The notes beneath the pieces are model-generated. The model saw nothing but the letters and a program-made list of their open reading frames with translations. It made no database searches and had not been told where the DNA came from. A stretch of DNA of 53,573 bases, filler included, from Sphacelaria rigidula (lineage: Eukaryota): assembly GCA_964200075.2 (NCBI GenBank). It is 5 parts of 5 records of this genome, joined end to end, with 100 filler letters (N's around TTAATTAATTAA, not from the genome) between each part and the next. Parts side by side here need not be neighbours in the genome. Positions count along the whole stretch, not along the records: positions 1 to 10,636 come from CAXNAA020006165.1; positions 10,737 to 21,372 come from CAXNAA020006166.1; 3 more parts are not named here. One strand, written 5' to 3'. Below are positions 1 through 12,072 of this stretch, in pieces (the stretch's first letter is position 1; each line of letters opens with the position of its first letter). Made by a program: the position numbers and the translations under genes.

Positions 1-1374
1 AGTCGATGCAGGGTGCAGAAAGACTAATCTCGCGGTCTAAGGGTTAAAGGGGCTGATGACACTATCGGTTGTTCTATGATCGATGGGTATTTTATATCGA
101 TCATAGTACTAAAAGGGAGAAGTTCGATAACAACATATCGGCGGGAGCCTAGCTGTCATTCCCAAGTGCTCCTCGGGTACGCGGAATGCGTTCTTGTCCT
201 ACTCGGCGAGGTCTACCAGTGCACACTTTTCCTAGATGACCATCTGCACCGACCTCTTTCCCCCTAGGGTTTTTGGTACGCCTTGGATTGAGGTTAGGGT
301 TATCTTTATTCCAAATTCAAGATATTCTGAGAATTAGATTTCCAGAGTCGCGTGACCAAGTGGTGAGACATACCGCACTCGATACTCAATACAATACAAC
401 TTGACCTGAAAGAACTGCCTGAAAGGACAGCCGTGTGGACAGTACGTCGAACATTGAACAATCGAGCACCGACGTCACCAATGATGATATGCGCGGCCTG
501 TGCCCTACCTGTCCTACGTGCAAGATATATCTCGAACCTAACGAAGTGTGCGCTTTTGCGCGCACGCTGAATGGCACGTTATCCGTTATCCCGCCGTTTT
601 TTGTTGTGCATTGGTTGGAAGTTGCCCGCGCACCCTAGTTGCCACAAGAATCGTTCCGGTTCCCATGTATCTGGCAGCTGACAGCTGGTATTACGCTCAC
701 TTCATAAATCCTGGAACCCTATCTTCAAGTTTTGTCATATCGTATCGGAAATAAGAACAAAAAAGCGTCGGCATGTGCCCCTACCACGGTCACAACAGCG
801 TAAGTAAGCTCCTCCAAACTGTACCGTTACCGTGTACAAGCACCGCAGACACGCTAGCACAATCACAATATCCTGTAGAGTAGTCACAGCCTGTCACAGT
901 ACCAGTGACTGCGCTTACCAGAGCGGGAAGGGGGAACGAGCCAAACCAAGACGGGGAAGGGAGGGACGGGGAGTTGCACTTTTCCCCCGGGGATCAATCG
1001 GATAAAACAATCGGATAAAACCGGGCGTTTGGTGTTCTCGGCGAACGGGGAAAAGCACGAAGAAGCAGCAAGTATGGAGTGCTAGATAGCAGTTGCGTTT
1101 GCTTGTATGATCATGTTTTGTCTTGGCGTAAGACGACGATTGTGTCTTTGAACACCCAGTTGTATCTAATTCTGTAGTCGGCGGGTGAAGTGCAAATCAG
1201 TGGTGAGGCGTGCAAAACGAAGGGAGAAAAGTATATAAATATCAAGAGGTGGTGCGTTTTCTTCGTGTGCGGGCGGTTTTACTGACTACTATCCGAAAGT
1301 TCTCTGCTGTACTTCAAGAAGGGAGCAGCGCAAGCGGAGCAAGCAAGCGAAAGGCGTTCGCATTCAGGAAAGCG

Positions 1375-4300
1375 ATGAGGTCAGGACACGCAGTGATCGC
1401 ATTGATGGGTGTGGCTATCACCACCACCCCGGGCAGAGTCTCCGCGTTTGGCTCCTCGCCGGGGGCACTTACGGGGGGGCATGTAAATACTTTGGTCACC
1501 ACTTCCTCAACATCATCGTTCTTGAAGGTGGGCGGGGGCTCGAGAAGCTCGGGCGGGGAGGGCAGCTCAACATCTCTTTGGTCGGCCTATGCGGTGAAGC
1601 CAGACATGGCGAAAAAACAAGGCAGTGAATGGCGAAAGCTACGAACCCGAGGTCCAGGTTTCGGCGAAAAGGTGAGCTGAGGTCATTGCGATTGCGAGGT
1701 GGGTGGGCGGATGGGGCCATTGACTGTTTCCACGGGCGCAAGTTATTTTTTTGCCCGCTTTTCTGCAAACCATCAATCCTGCCTCTCTTTTTGTCCAAGT
1801 ATTTATTTTTGCCCTAGGTGGGTTCGAACGTGACCTTGGTCGTCGGGCTCTCGGTGGAGAACACCTCCAAGTGTTGCGCCTTGTCGTATACCTTGACCTA
1901 CCCTCCCCGCTTGCGGTGAATATGTTGATACTCTGCTCTCGATGTACCCCCCGAAAATATCTTCGCGCGTCGAAAAGTTGTTTCATGTCCTACTCTCGCC
2001 ACCCGTCTCAGTTGTCAAAATTTGAATTGGACTTCATAGATAAAACGAGAATGACTGGGTCTGCCCCTGGGTTGTCGCGTGTGGATACGTTGAGTCATTT
2101 TTTTGGAGCCCCTGTGCGTGATGCCCTTATCCCTTGGCATATAAACTGACTACATGTGAGACTCGATAGTCGGCCCCCTTCTCTTATGTGTACCCACGGA
2201 ATAGTTTGCCGTTGCAGCCGCTGTGTCCATTGGATGTTGTCCCCGGAGACGAAAGCAAGAAGGTACACGTTTGATTTTTCCCCCGTCGTGCCGCTATATA
2301 CCTCATGCATGTACCCTACCTGTTTGCGGTCCAGGCCCTGACGGGTGAGACAGGTCGCCAATGAAAGACTGCACGTTGTGTGCGTCACCAAAAGTTGTTC
2401 CCGATAATTTGGAGCCGTCATTCATCGGCCTTCCTGAAGCGGGATTTTTTTGTGTCGGTAAAATACGATGCCTGTCCCACGTCTCCATCAGAGTCGTCTT
2501 CCCCATAAAAAGCTCGTACATCCATCGCAGAATTCGCGATTGGTCGTCTCGTTCCGTTTGTCCCGGATGCTCACCGTTCGCCTTGAACGGGTCTCGGGCA
2601 CACTGGCTCTCTCGTTCTGTATTCCTTAAGGAAACGTGACATCCCACTTCATATAAGTCGAGCAGTGTGCGCCTCAAATGTAAAGAGCTTTGACGAGGCG
2701 ATTGATTTGAGACGGGCTGTTGATCTTTTTTGGTTGGCGTCTTGATGGCACTTCATGCAATACGTGTAGTAGAGGGTGCCGGCTCGTCATTTTGTACTTG
2801 TAGTCTGTGCGAACGAAGTATCGAAGCCGATGGAAGCGCTGTATGCGGATGGAATCTGCCACCTCGTACTCATAGACTCCAGCTGGCGGATTGTTGCCTT
2901 CTGTCCGTGCTCTTAGCTCTTCGAGCGTTTAGAACGTGCACTCTTGAGTCAACCCAACACAAATGGGGTCTGCAACTTCGGGTAGGTCAAATGCATTACA
3001 GGTGACTCAACAGAAATCGCCGTCAAACAAGGCGATTTTGGTGTTTGGGAGGTATGTGCTCCGGCTCATGGTCAGAGGCAACTCATTTTTCGCTACAGTA
3101 CCCTGTTCCTGCGATACCCTATGATTGCCTTTTGGAATGTGCTTCTGCCGAAGCGCTTGCGAGGCACCTTGTGCGTCCAACCCGTTCCTGCGTTGATATC
3201 TAGATACTGTACACCCCACCATCACCAGTAACCCCGTGACACAATGTCTTCAAAGTCGATCTCAGGATGCCCTCTCAAATCCGTTGCACAACATGCGCAC
3301 GATTCATCTTCCTCGACTGTAGGTGAGAAGAGCAAAGCCTGCCCCGGATTTATCGGAAAAACTGGCGTTGGGCTTATCGTACCTCAATGCTGATGAGGCG
3401 GAGGAAATCCAGCAGGCGCTGGCAATGGCGATGTACGCGCACTCGCTTAAAGCGGAAGCGGGGAGTTTTGAAGGGGTCAAGGTCGGTATTTCAGCATAGA
3501 TTAAAGAGTTGTGAGGGTGGAATGGTGTGCGGGGAACGTATGCGTTGTGTGCCCGAGTGATGTGCTTCTTGTGCTTCTCTTGTCCTTACTCACCTGGCCC
3601 ACCCACGTGACACGCAGCCATGTCCTACTCACTTGTAGATAATAGAAATGTCGAGAAGTCGTTCTCTTGTCTGGCCACCGATGGTGCCGTTTCGTCATGT
3701 TAGAGTTCGTTCACGTCAAGTGTTGGCCACGGCATGTAACTGAAGGGTACTTCGTTATGGTGGCCTTGTTATCATGCTTGCTTCCCCCGCCCCTCCCCCC
3801 ATTTCGACAGCTGCGTCTCACTGTCACTGGATATAAAGGACCCTAGCCCGCGGCACACCAGAACATCTGTGGTTTCAGTGTGAACTGCCACACTCGTATC
3901 TTTCGAGAGCTGACAGTCCATAGAGCGGGCTCAAGCGAGCATGCACGATACTCTTTTTGCTGCTTGTCGAGTAGGCGCCGATTTGTGCTCCGTCAACACC
4001 GGTTGAGCTGTTCTCTTGCCTGATGACTTCCATATACCTTGATGTGTGGTCACGGGAGTTTCGGAAAACGCTCTCGTCATTTCAGAGTGAACAATTTTTC
4101 CCCTCCGTCAACTGCGGTATTTCCTCGTATCCCCTCAACTTTTTTTCGGTGAGTTTTTGTTTTTTGGTGCACTCTGAAATTACGAAGAAGCGTTTTCCGA
4201 ATCTGTCTCATGTCAACGTTTGCCTCAGTTTGAAAATGACGATGTTTAATAATGGAATTCGGTACTGACGTGGAGTAAATATTACAGCGAATCAACCCCT

Positions 4301-7300
4301 CTCCGTGTTTTTTTTTTTCTCATTTTGTTATGAACCGTGGATGCAGGCGGGCGTTGAAACTTGCCTCATACTGGGTGAGCTCGGCATGGGCACGGATGCG
4401 CTGGTCTCAGCGATCCTGTCTGGCGTTTTACGCCCTGACGTGCAGCCGTCGGAATTCGGGCGTGCGGCCGTGACAGTCGAAGACATCGAAGAGGTGCGTT
4501 GCCTACCGAATGTTCTTCGTTATATTGGATATGTTGTTGGGTTTGTGTTGTCATCCCATCTGTTCTGGACGCCAGCCCACACCTTTCGGTATGTGTGGGC
4601 GTACCAGTCGGGGTCACACAGGAGGGAGACCATAACAGGAATTTCTTCTTTTTTGTTCTTTTTTAGTCCTCCCATCTCTCTTTTGTGTTGTTGGGCCGTG
4701 TGTCATCAAATTGTTTTCGTGTCGAAAACGTGCGGTCGAATCGAATTCGCTCGTTTCTGATTTGTCCACGCTGTTCATTTCGTCAGATGGTTGAGAACAT
4801 GGATGCCGTGGACGTGTCAGGTACGAACAAATTTGATTTCACAGTACGTTTTCGAGTCGAGAACAATTTGATAAGACACGGTCGTAGGGCAAACTCTAAT
4901 ACGAGCCGTTCGAAATTCCTGTCGAAAACTGCCTTTTGGGCCCTTCTATGTCGATTTACGCTCGAGCAGAGGTCTAGACGGATGTTGACGCCTAGGATTG
5001 ACTGCTCGTTGAGACCGTTTTAGACAAACGCATTTCCCGCTGGCCGCACTTTCGTGTTTGACCAACTCAGGCCAAACACGAGTTTTCAGTGAAGAAGGGT
5101 CAGGTGATCAAAGTCTCTCCCCAGTATTTTGATCGCTTGACCGATTTTCAATGTCCGTGTTGAGCCAAAAATAGGTGGAAGAGCAAGTCATTCCAAGGCG
5201 CCAATATCCGCCTAGCCCCCTTTTCAGGCGTAAAACGACGGAGAAGGGCCACAACGGCAGTTTTGGACAGGAATTTTGAACGGCTCCCACTAGAGTCCGT
5301 CTTGACTTTCTATTTTTTATCGTGAGGGGGATTCAGCGGTCCCTTTCCCCCGTCGACCGTTACGTTGAATATGTTGGGTGGTTACTGTATATGTAATAGT
5401 TGACTGGCCACCATGGTGGAAAACTTACAACATACACCTCTGTAGTAAACGGGGAAGATCGTCCGGTGCGGAAGCGTTCGCCACACCGTAGTGTAAGGTG
5501 CAACAGCACTTGTACCCTTTCCTGTACACGGGGGTCGGATTACCTACAAAAGTTCCACGGTTAGGACAAATCACCACGACTCTGAATCACCAAATTCACG
5601 ATTTCTTCGGCCCGATTGCCCAAAAGAGAGAAAAAAGTTGATCGCTGGTCCAAGGGGTATTCACGCAACTTTTGCACCATTCCACGTGTCAGGGCTACGT
5701 GGAACTGGGTTGCAACGCTGAAATAAAGCTCGAAGCTTGATTCGTCACGAGTCGACTCATGGCACTGGAACTAAGTAATTTCCTGACAAATCATTATTTG
5801 TCCGACCCTTGAAGAGTTCCTGCGGTACACCGACTGCTGTATGGGTCATCGTGTACATGATCGTCTACCTTTACAGGGATTCGGGGCACGAGTGGCGAGG
5901 TCCGTGAAAAACTTGGAGCACGTTATGAGCCTCGAGGAATTGGCCCAACATCGAATGCGCAGACGTGCTGTTGATGAAAAGGCGGGCGCCGACATGGGTA
6001 GAAGGCAGGGGCACCATCTTCGTGACTTCATCATCTCGGAGGTCGCAGACTGGCAGGTGTTGACTCTATACCTCGCAGTGCACATGCAGGAACTGCGGTC
6101 AGCGATCACCTCGGGTGCGAGTGACGCAGCGCAGCTCGCCCGTGACGCGTTGGAGATTCACGCGCCCTTGGCTCACCACCTCGGTGTGCACCACCTGAGC
6201 GGTGGTCTGGAGGACCTCGCCTTTCAGGCCCTGTACCCAAAGGAGTACTCCGAGATCCGTGCGGCTACCCAAGCCAGGATAGGCGTATACCAGGAAGTGA
6301 TGGAAACTGCGAAGCGGGCCGTGTCGCAGGCGTTAAAACAAGACAAGACATTCATGTCGCAGGTCAGTACTCAATAGATCCGGAAAAAATCGTGCGCATG
6401 CAGATGTGTCGTGCCCTGAAAAGATGCAAAATGGAGCGACGTCGAATGGAATAGGGGTGCAGGGTAGTTCTGCGGCCAACTCAGTCTGCCCGGTGCATGA
6501 TCCACGCTGCCACCTAGAGTTGTGATGGGACGTGCCTTGAATGAGAACAGTTTTTATCCCAACTCACCCTCGTCCGCACGACTCGCGCTTCCTAATTTCC
6601 CTTGTTGTGCAGCTCCAGGGAGACGTGATACTTCAGCACCGCATAAAGGAACCGTACTCCATGTGGAAGAAAATGAGCCGCCAGGGGGGCGGAATAGACC
6701 GCGTATACGACGCGGTAGCTCTTCGTGTAGTCCTGAAAGTCCAGCGCCGAAAAGGCGAAACGGATGAGTCCTACGACGAGCGCTCGAAGCAGCTCTGTTA
6801 CAAGGCCATGTCTGTGGCGAAGCGTACCTTCCCTGCAGTGGAGGGTCGTTCCAAGGACTACGTGCTCAACCCTAAGTCAAACGGCTACCAATCGCTGCAC
6901 AGCACGCACGAGGTTGCGCTGCTGCCTGCAACCGCGTGGGAGGCAGGCCTTGAGGATCGACAGACCCACTTCGAGCTTCAAGTGCGTACCGCTGCCATGC
7001 ACCACACGGCCGAGTACGGGCACGCCGCGCACTGGAGCTACAAGACTGAAGGCAAGGACAGGGTGGCAAAGAAGGTGGCAGATAAGAAGACGTGGAAGGC
7101 GAGTCGTCCGAGGGCCACGGGGTCCCCAGGTCTGGGCAAGGGCCGACCGGCTGTGCCCGATACTGTGTCGTCGGGACGTGAGCTCATAACGTGGTTGCAC
7201 CTGGAACTGCGCCAGCGGAAGGTACGCTTTGAGTACTTCAACCATTTTTTGCTGGACTTTTCCGAAATGTCCGTTTTGAGCGTGAAATTTGAAACAGGTC

Positions 7301-7625
7301 TTCGTCGGAACAGGTTGTACTTGCATTTGTCGTCGAGCATTTTGTGGCCCCTCACTTGATTGTCTCCCTCATTAATTCGTTTGTTTGCTCCTCTCCTCAG
7401 GTGTTTGTTTTCGGCCCGGACAACCTGATCTGGGAACTGGACAAGGCCTCCGCCACCGCAGAAAAGGTGCTCCGCAGTACCCACAACGCTGGGGTCAGCT
7501 TCGCGGACAGCTCTGAATTTGACGGCATAGGTAACGGTAGAAGTGCGTTCGTTAACGGCAAGGCTGTGCCGAGGCACTATGCGTTCAAGAACGGAGATGT
7601 GCTTGATGTCTCCATGGCAGCATAG
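1375..7625 (+). CDS. RSH: Plastid-targeted RelA/SpoT homologue, (p)ppGpp synthetase with degenerate HD domain and C-terminal TGS; 6 exons, ~640 aa
   Basis: Exons 1375-1671, 3323-3481, 4347-4493, 5877-6362, 6613-7221 and 7401-7625 all have GT-AG boundaries and join in phase 0. The N-terminus has a hydrophobic signal peptide, 'VSAF' and an S/T-rich transit peptide. The HD-region fold is recognisable (YLNADEAEEIQQALAMAMYAH; ARDALEIHAPLAHHLGV..LEDLAF). Synthetase motifs: RIKEPYSMWKKM, VYDAVALRVV, RSKDYVLNPKSNGYQSLHST, ELQVRTAAMH..AEYGHAAHWSYK. TGS: VFVFGP...AFVNGKAVPRHYAFKNGDVLDV. Confidence 0.93.
4696..4881. mobile_element. Short MITE with ~35-bp imperfect terminal inverted repeats
   Basis: The left end gtgtcatcaaattgttttcgtgtcgaaaacgtgc is the near reverse complement of the right end gtacgttttcgagtcgagaacaatttgataagacac. 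Related fragments occur near 29948-30040 and 30690-30760. Confidence 0.65.
4893..5296. mobile_element. Foldback element with ~100-bp imperfect terminal inverted repeats
   Basis: actctaatacgagccgttcgaaattcctgtcgaaaactgcc...gcccttct pairs with agaagggccacaacggcagttttggacaggaattttgaacggctcccactagagt. A partial copy of one arm lies near 33663-33740. Confidence 0.7.
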
Positions 7626-9639
7626 AGCGCAACCCCAGTCGTTGGAGGGGGTATGTTCCAGGACCCTCACCTCGAAATGCACACACGTTTTGGAGTCGGA
7701 ACAAGGGGGTTGTGTTCGCCTGTCTCCTAGCTTCATCGCTAGTCCTGTGTATCGCATTTAGTTGGGATCCAAACAGGACCGAACGAGCTGGGAAGGGGAA
7801 TTGTTGAACGAAAGGTATCAACAGATGCTTCTGGTACATGGAGGAAGGTGGTTGATATCCTTTCCGTCTGATTTGTCGTCCGTTTTGTTTGTGGTCGGCC
7901 TTGGTCGATCCTCGCGGGGCTGTTTGTCAGTGGTGGATCTTGGGAACACGAAACGTCGGGAAAATATTGTACATAAATGAGGGGGGGCTACGGCCTCGGC
8001 AACGACAGGCGTTGTAGGAATTGGCAAGAGGTATGTATGCCTGCTCTCGTAGCGCCAATCTCGTACGTGCATCTGTGTTGCTTTTGGTTTCGGTTTCTAT
8101 TTTGTTGGAGTGAGCAATGCCTCTTGTCAATACGGGGAAACCTTCGAGGCGTCCCCTTTGTTGAATTGTGTCTGTCGAGGTCGTGGATGTAGTATTGGAA
8201 CACAGATCATCTCGCAGTAAGGGACGAATATGAGAATTGGTGACGATCAGGTAAATAATTTGATACTGTACGTTTACGGGTGTGCTTGGATGTATACGCT
8301 TGGATGTATACGCGCGCACAGATTACTCCCAAAAAAAAACTCAAAATAGCGCGAGGGGCGGATGTAAAGGGATATGCTGCGTACGATTAAGAATTGCGAA
8401 GGGGCCACAAGTGTGACAATTCCACTTTTTGCGGAACGTTTTTTAGGATCGGTTACTAAAATAGTTTGTTCGTTCGTCTTTCTGGAAAAGATACGTATGA
8501 ACATGATGGTTGTGTTATAGTCGCCGAGTGTGGTCAGAGATGTACATAAAGGTGGGTTTTCGCATGAGTTGGCTGGAGATATAATTGTTGTCGCTAGGTG
8601 ATCAGTTGGCCCCCGAAAGAGTGGGTGCGTATGTAGTCCATCGCCTGCGTCGTGCACGACGTACCCATTCCTGAACCTGGTGTGCGAATCTTCGCTTTGT
8701 AGTGTCCATGGGAGAATGGGGTGCTCCCTGTCCCGAATAATTTCGTGGTTCTTGTGTCCAAATGGTACTCCAGACGTTGATGTAACATTGTTGTGTCGGC
8801 TTCATTATTTTGGGGCAAGATATGTGCAACACGTATGTTTGAGCAGGTGACCTCCATTCTCCTGCGTTTGTTGTGTGCTGGCGACCAAATGTAAATATGC
8901 CGCGTGGAGTAGTACGTATTGCACACTTTTGTTTTTGTACATCTGGCGTGACTTGCGAAGTTTCTTGTGATGATGTGTTCTGTACTGATGGTCGCACATG
9001 GTTATGGTGATGGCGACGCGCAAGGTGACGAGCAATTTTACTGTCTGATATTTGGTGCGACAGAGCTTCGCGCAGGCAGGGCCTTTTCAATGGTTCGGTG
9101 TTGACCATCTTGCGATTATTATTGCTTGAGGTGGTTGAACTTCAAGCGGAGATTATAGCCAGGAATGTTTTGTAATGCGAGTTGTTCGAAGAAAAAAAAA
9201 GGTACGGGAACTACGTTATTGTGGAACAGCTTTGAGGCACGTGGTCACGTGTTGGATAACGAAAAGAAGTGCGTGTGTTGCGTTCGAACGGTGAGGGGGT
9301 TGAGGGACGTGCGATGGCGACAAAGGGAAAATGTTCCTCGATTGCCGTGTCACGGCAAAAATGAGTATGTTCCGCTATTTGGAATATAACCCGGTCTTGT
9401 TGGAAAATATCCCTGTCTCCGGGACCTGAAATTGCCTCTCGCCATTTCCACTCTCTCCGTAGTCACTTCTTGAGGTTGTGGCGTCGAAGGAAGACGTGTT
9501 GAGGAAGCTTTTCCTTCGAGCATTCAAGTTTCATCATGGAATACTTGTGGCCGTGGCACCCCCCCATGTAGCTGTAACCTCGCTGTGCGAAATGACTCCC
9601 TCCCGCCGGTGGTGTGTTCGTTGTGACCAGATAACATTA

Positions 9640-9937
9640 TTTTCGTGAGATTGAGAGGAGAGGATACGCTTGCGAGTGAGGAGCGGTCAATCAGTGAACA
9701 AATCGTTTCAATTCCGAAATGCACCTTGGGGCCTTGTACGAGGCCTGATATTCTTTCTGCAGTGGCTTGCCACAGAAGCCCTCGATGTCCCTGAGTAGAA
9801 TATCGACGTGTAGCTCCAAGCACACCACCAGTGGTACTGCAGACAAACGAAATCACGCCGAATGAAAAATTGGTCCGAGTCAACACGAATGATAAAACCC
9901 ACTCTCAAACAACGCTCTACGCTGAATCTCGCGTGAA
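9640..9937 (-). mobile_element. ~270-300 bp MITE family, copy 1 (TIR TTTCGTGAGATTGAGAGTAGA)
   Basis: The internal sequence (agctacacgtcgatattctactcagggacatcgagggc...gcatttcggaa) is the reverse-complement match of the copies at 14716 and 53363; the termini are inverted. Confidence 0.75.
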
Positions 9938-10577
9938 CGTTGGGTGTCGATTGATGGGACAATGTAAGGACATGGTACGAGCTGGGCTAGAGCCGAAGAA
10001 CGTGGATTTGAGCTCTCACAGCCATATATATCTCGTTGACACTGACGAATTGGGCGTTGATGTGCATGTGCATATATTACTCACCATCTAATAATCCAGG
10101 GGAAGATGCCCTTCTGCTGCTCGTAAGCTGGGGTTAATTTCTCCTTGCGACTGACAGGCGTGGCGAGTATTTTCATACCGCGTGGAGACGGGATTCATAG
10201 TGAAGTCTCGAAACACCGGACGACATGTGCAGCGCATAATTTTTTGGGTGAAAATTCCGTGGAGCACGTGGAAGTGATTTCTATCCTCACCTTCACCTGA
10301 TTCATCTACAGAAGCGGGCGTTCTAACTATTGAGGGGTGTTATGGGGTTTCCCTCGCGTACTAATCTTCGATAGAACTCGAAATTGCTACGCAGCGTCGG
10401 TAGATTTTGGTGAAATAAACAGGCCGTCCTCAAAACACAGTGCCCAACCAAGTCAGTGTTATCGAGCGATGCGAGTAAACAGCTCGTTTATCAGGGTGTT
10501 ACTGACCGTGACACATTTCCCGGCTCTATTAATAGTGCAATGAGTATGTAGAACATAAAAAACTGAACATGACAGTG

Positions 10578-10636
10578 TTTTCGTGAGATTGAGAGTAGAT
10601 GATACGATTGAGAGTGAAAAGCGGTCAATCAGTGAA
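10578..10636 (-). mobile_element. Same MITE family, end truncated by contig break
   Basis: ttttcgtgagattgagagtagatgatacgattgagagtgaaaagcggtcaatcagtgaa matches 9640-9698. Confidence 0.7.
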
Positions 10637-10736
10637 NNNNNNNNNNNNNNNNNNNNNNNNNNNNNNNNNNNNNNNNNNNNTTAATTAATTAANNNNNNNN
10701 NNNNNNNNNNNNNNNNNNNNNNNNNNNNNNNNNNNN
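10637..10736. other. Artificial contig linker (44N-TTAATTAATTAA-44N)
   Basis: Six-frame stop linker of exactly 100 nt; an identical linker occurs four times in the window. Confidence 0.98.
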
Positions 10737-11080
10737 TTTTTCCTTTGGGCCTGCTTTTTATCAAAGGATCGCGCCGAAACCGTATTATTTTTTTTTAAAA
10801 AGGTTTGCGCCCCCCCCCCCCCCCCCCCCAGACTACGAGTACGAAGCCGCTTTTCAGAAAGTTTTTTCTCGGACCATGAGAAGCGGCTTGAGCCAGCTTT
10901 CGTGAGGTGGAGAGAGGGAATGTCATCTTATGACCGCTCTGATGGGATCATGTCCCATTCTCTCGAGCGCGCGTATCGATGGTCCAATACCTACGCAAAA
11001 AAAAATGCGAAACAGGAAATGCCCTACCCACACAAGGGATAGATATTCCAGGGGAAGCCACAGTCAGTAACAAGACCAAC

Positions 11081-11524
11081 CTGCAGCGCTATTTCCTCCG
11101 GGCTGGCGTTGATCAACCGCGCCGCGTCGTTATACACCTCCTCAAGCTCGTCGCTACACCTCGCCGCCGCCTCGTACCCTCCTAGCGTAGCCTCCATCTC
11201 TAGGTGTCGCGTTACTCTCTCTAACACAGCCCGCGGCATGGGCGAGTCTCCCGCGCTGTTGAAAACCACCGTGCCATCTGCATCAAGCATATCTTTGCGA
11301 CATTGGTCGACATCGACGGTTGACAGCACTGGGGTCTGAGCTGATGCTGACATATCCATCGAAAGCAAGGACCGGTGAAGTCTATCGTGAGTGGTTGTCG
11401 AGTACGATCGAGGGTAGTGATTGGCAACGTGAAAGGCCCTAGTCGCTGTTCCCATGAACCGCGACAGAAGGAGGGTTCTGGCCACAACCGTGCCTAGAAA
11501 CTCAACCCCCCTCGATGCGTGCAT
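11081..11524 (-). CDS. Class V PLP-dependent enzyme (cysteine desulfurase/EgtE-like C-S lyase), first exon only, with N-terminal targeting extension
   Basis: FNSAGDSPMPRAVLERVTRHLEMEATLGGYEAAA...LEEVYNDAARLINASPEEIALQ matches the N-terminal signature of class V aminotransferase-fold enzymes, including the E(A)xxGGYxAA motif of EgtE-like proteins. The exon ends at CAG|GTTGGT (11081/11080); later exons are lost at the contig edge. Confidence 0.85.
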
Positions 11525-12072
11525 GCGGTTCCAGGTTTGGTTGTCGGGAGGAAAGAGCCTGTTTACCAAGGGGCATCAAGTGGCCCTGCACCCAGCGAGC
11601 CGAACGTAGACTAGAGCCGAGTTAAAGATTGCAGGGAAATCAGGATATGAAAAAAAGGCGCCGGAGATGGAAAGCGGTTCCGTGGGGTGGCAAGATTTAC
11701 CACTCACAACCGCTGCTGCTGTACAGAACTTGAGAGGTCTACAATCACACCACTTTCGCTCAGGATATATATGAGTACCCGTAGATTGGAAAAATACGGT
11801 AACACCCAACACAATACCATATGCCAAATGATTTCAGTTGATCGAGCTGTGTCGCAGGGAAAAATAGGTGGAGTAAGGAAATGGACACTCGCACTATGAA
11901 TTTGCCTTGAAGTACAAGTATCAATGCTGAAGACGCGGCGTTCAAACTCTCAGGAGTTCCCTTGTAACAATCCACGGGATGTCGAAACGCCTTCTTATCT
12001 AATATTTTTACAGTCCCGCGGTGTTCAAGTTGACCAAGCTGTGTAACCAGAGGAGGAGGGTGGTACAGCGGT

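Larger units (their letters stand above)
4541..5360 (-). mobile_element. SINE family copy (3' and middle parts) interrupted by nested foldback elements, inside an RSH intron
   Basis: 4541-4650 matches the reverse complement of the SINE 3' part (tcccatctgttctggacgccagcccacacctttcggtatgtgtgggcg...). 5318-5360 matches its middle part (tcgtgagggggattcagcggtccc...gtcgacc), as seen in the copies at 20762 and 28654. Confidence 0.6.

Noticed and set aside
1818..1920. Possible extra RSH exon after the acceptor-like ttttgccctag
   Set aside because: No convincing donor before the in-frame stop and no RSH similarity; exon 1 already joins 3323 in phase.
6877..7757. Long antisense ORFs (149 aa and 239 aa) over the RSH 3' exons
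   Set aside because: Shadow frames of GC-rich coding exons; no motifs of their own.
10681..10692. TTAATTAATTAA palindrome recurring every ~10.7 kb
   Set aside because: It is embedded in N runs and identical four times, so it is an artificial six-frame stop linker rather than a biological periodicity.
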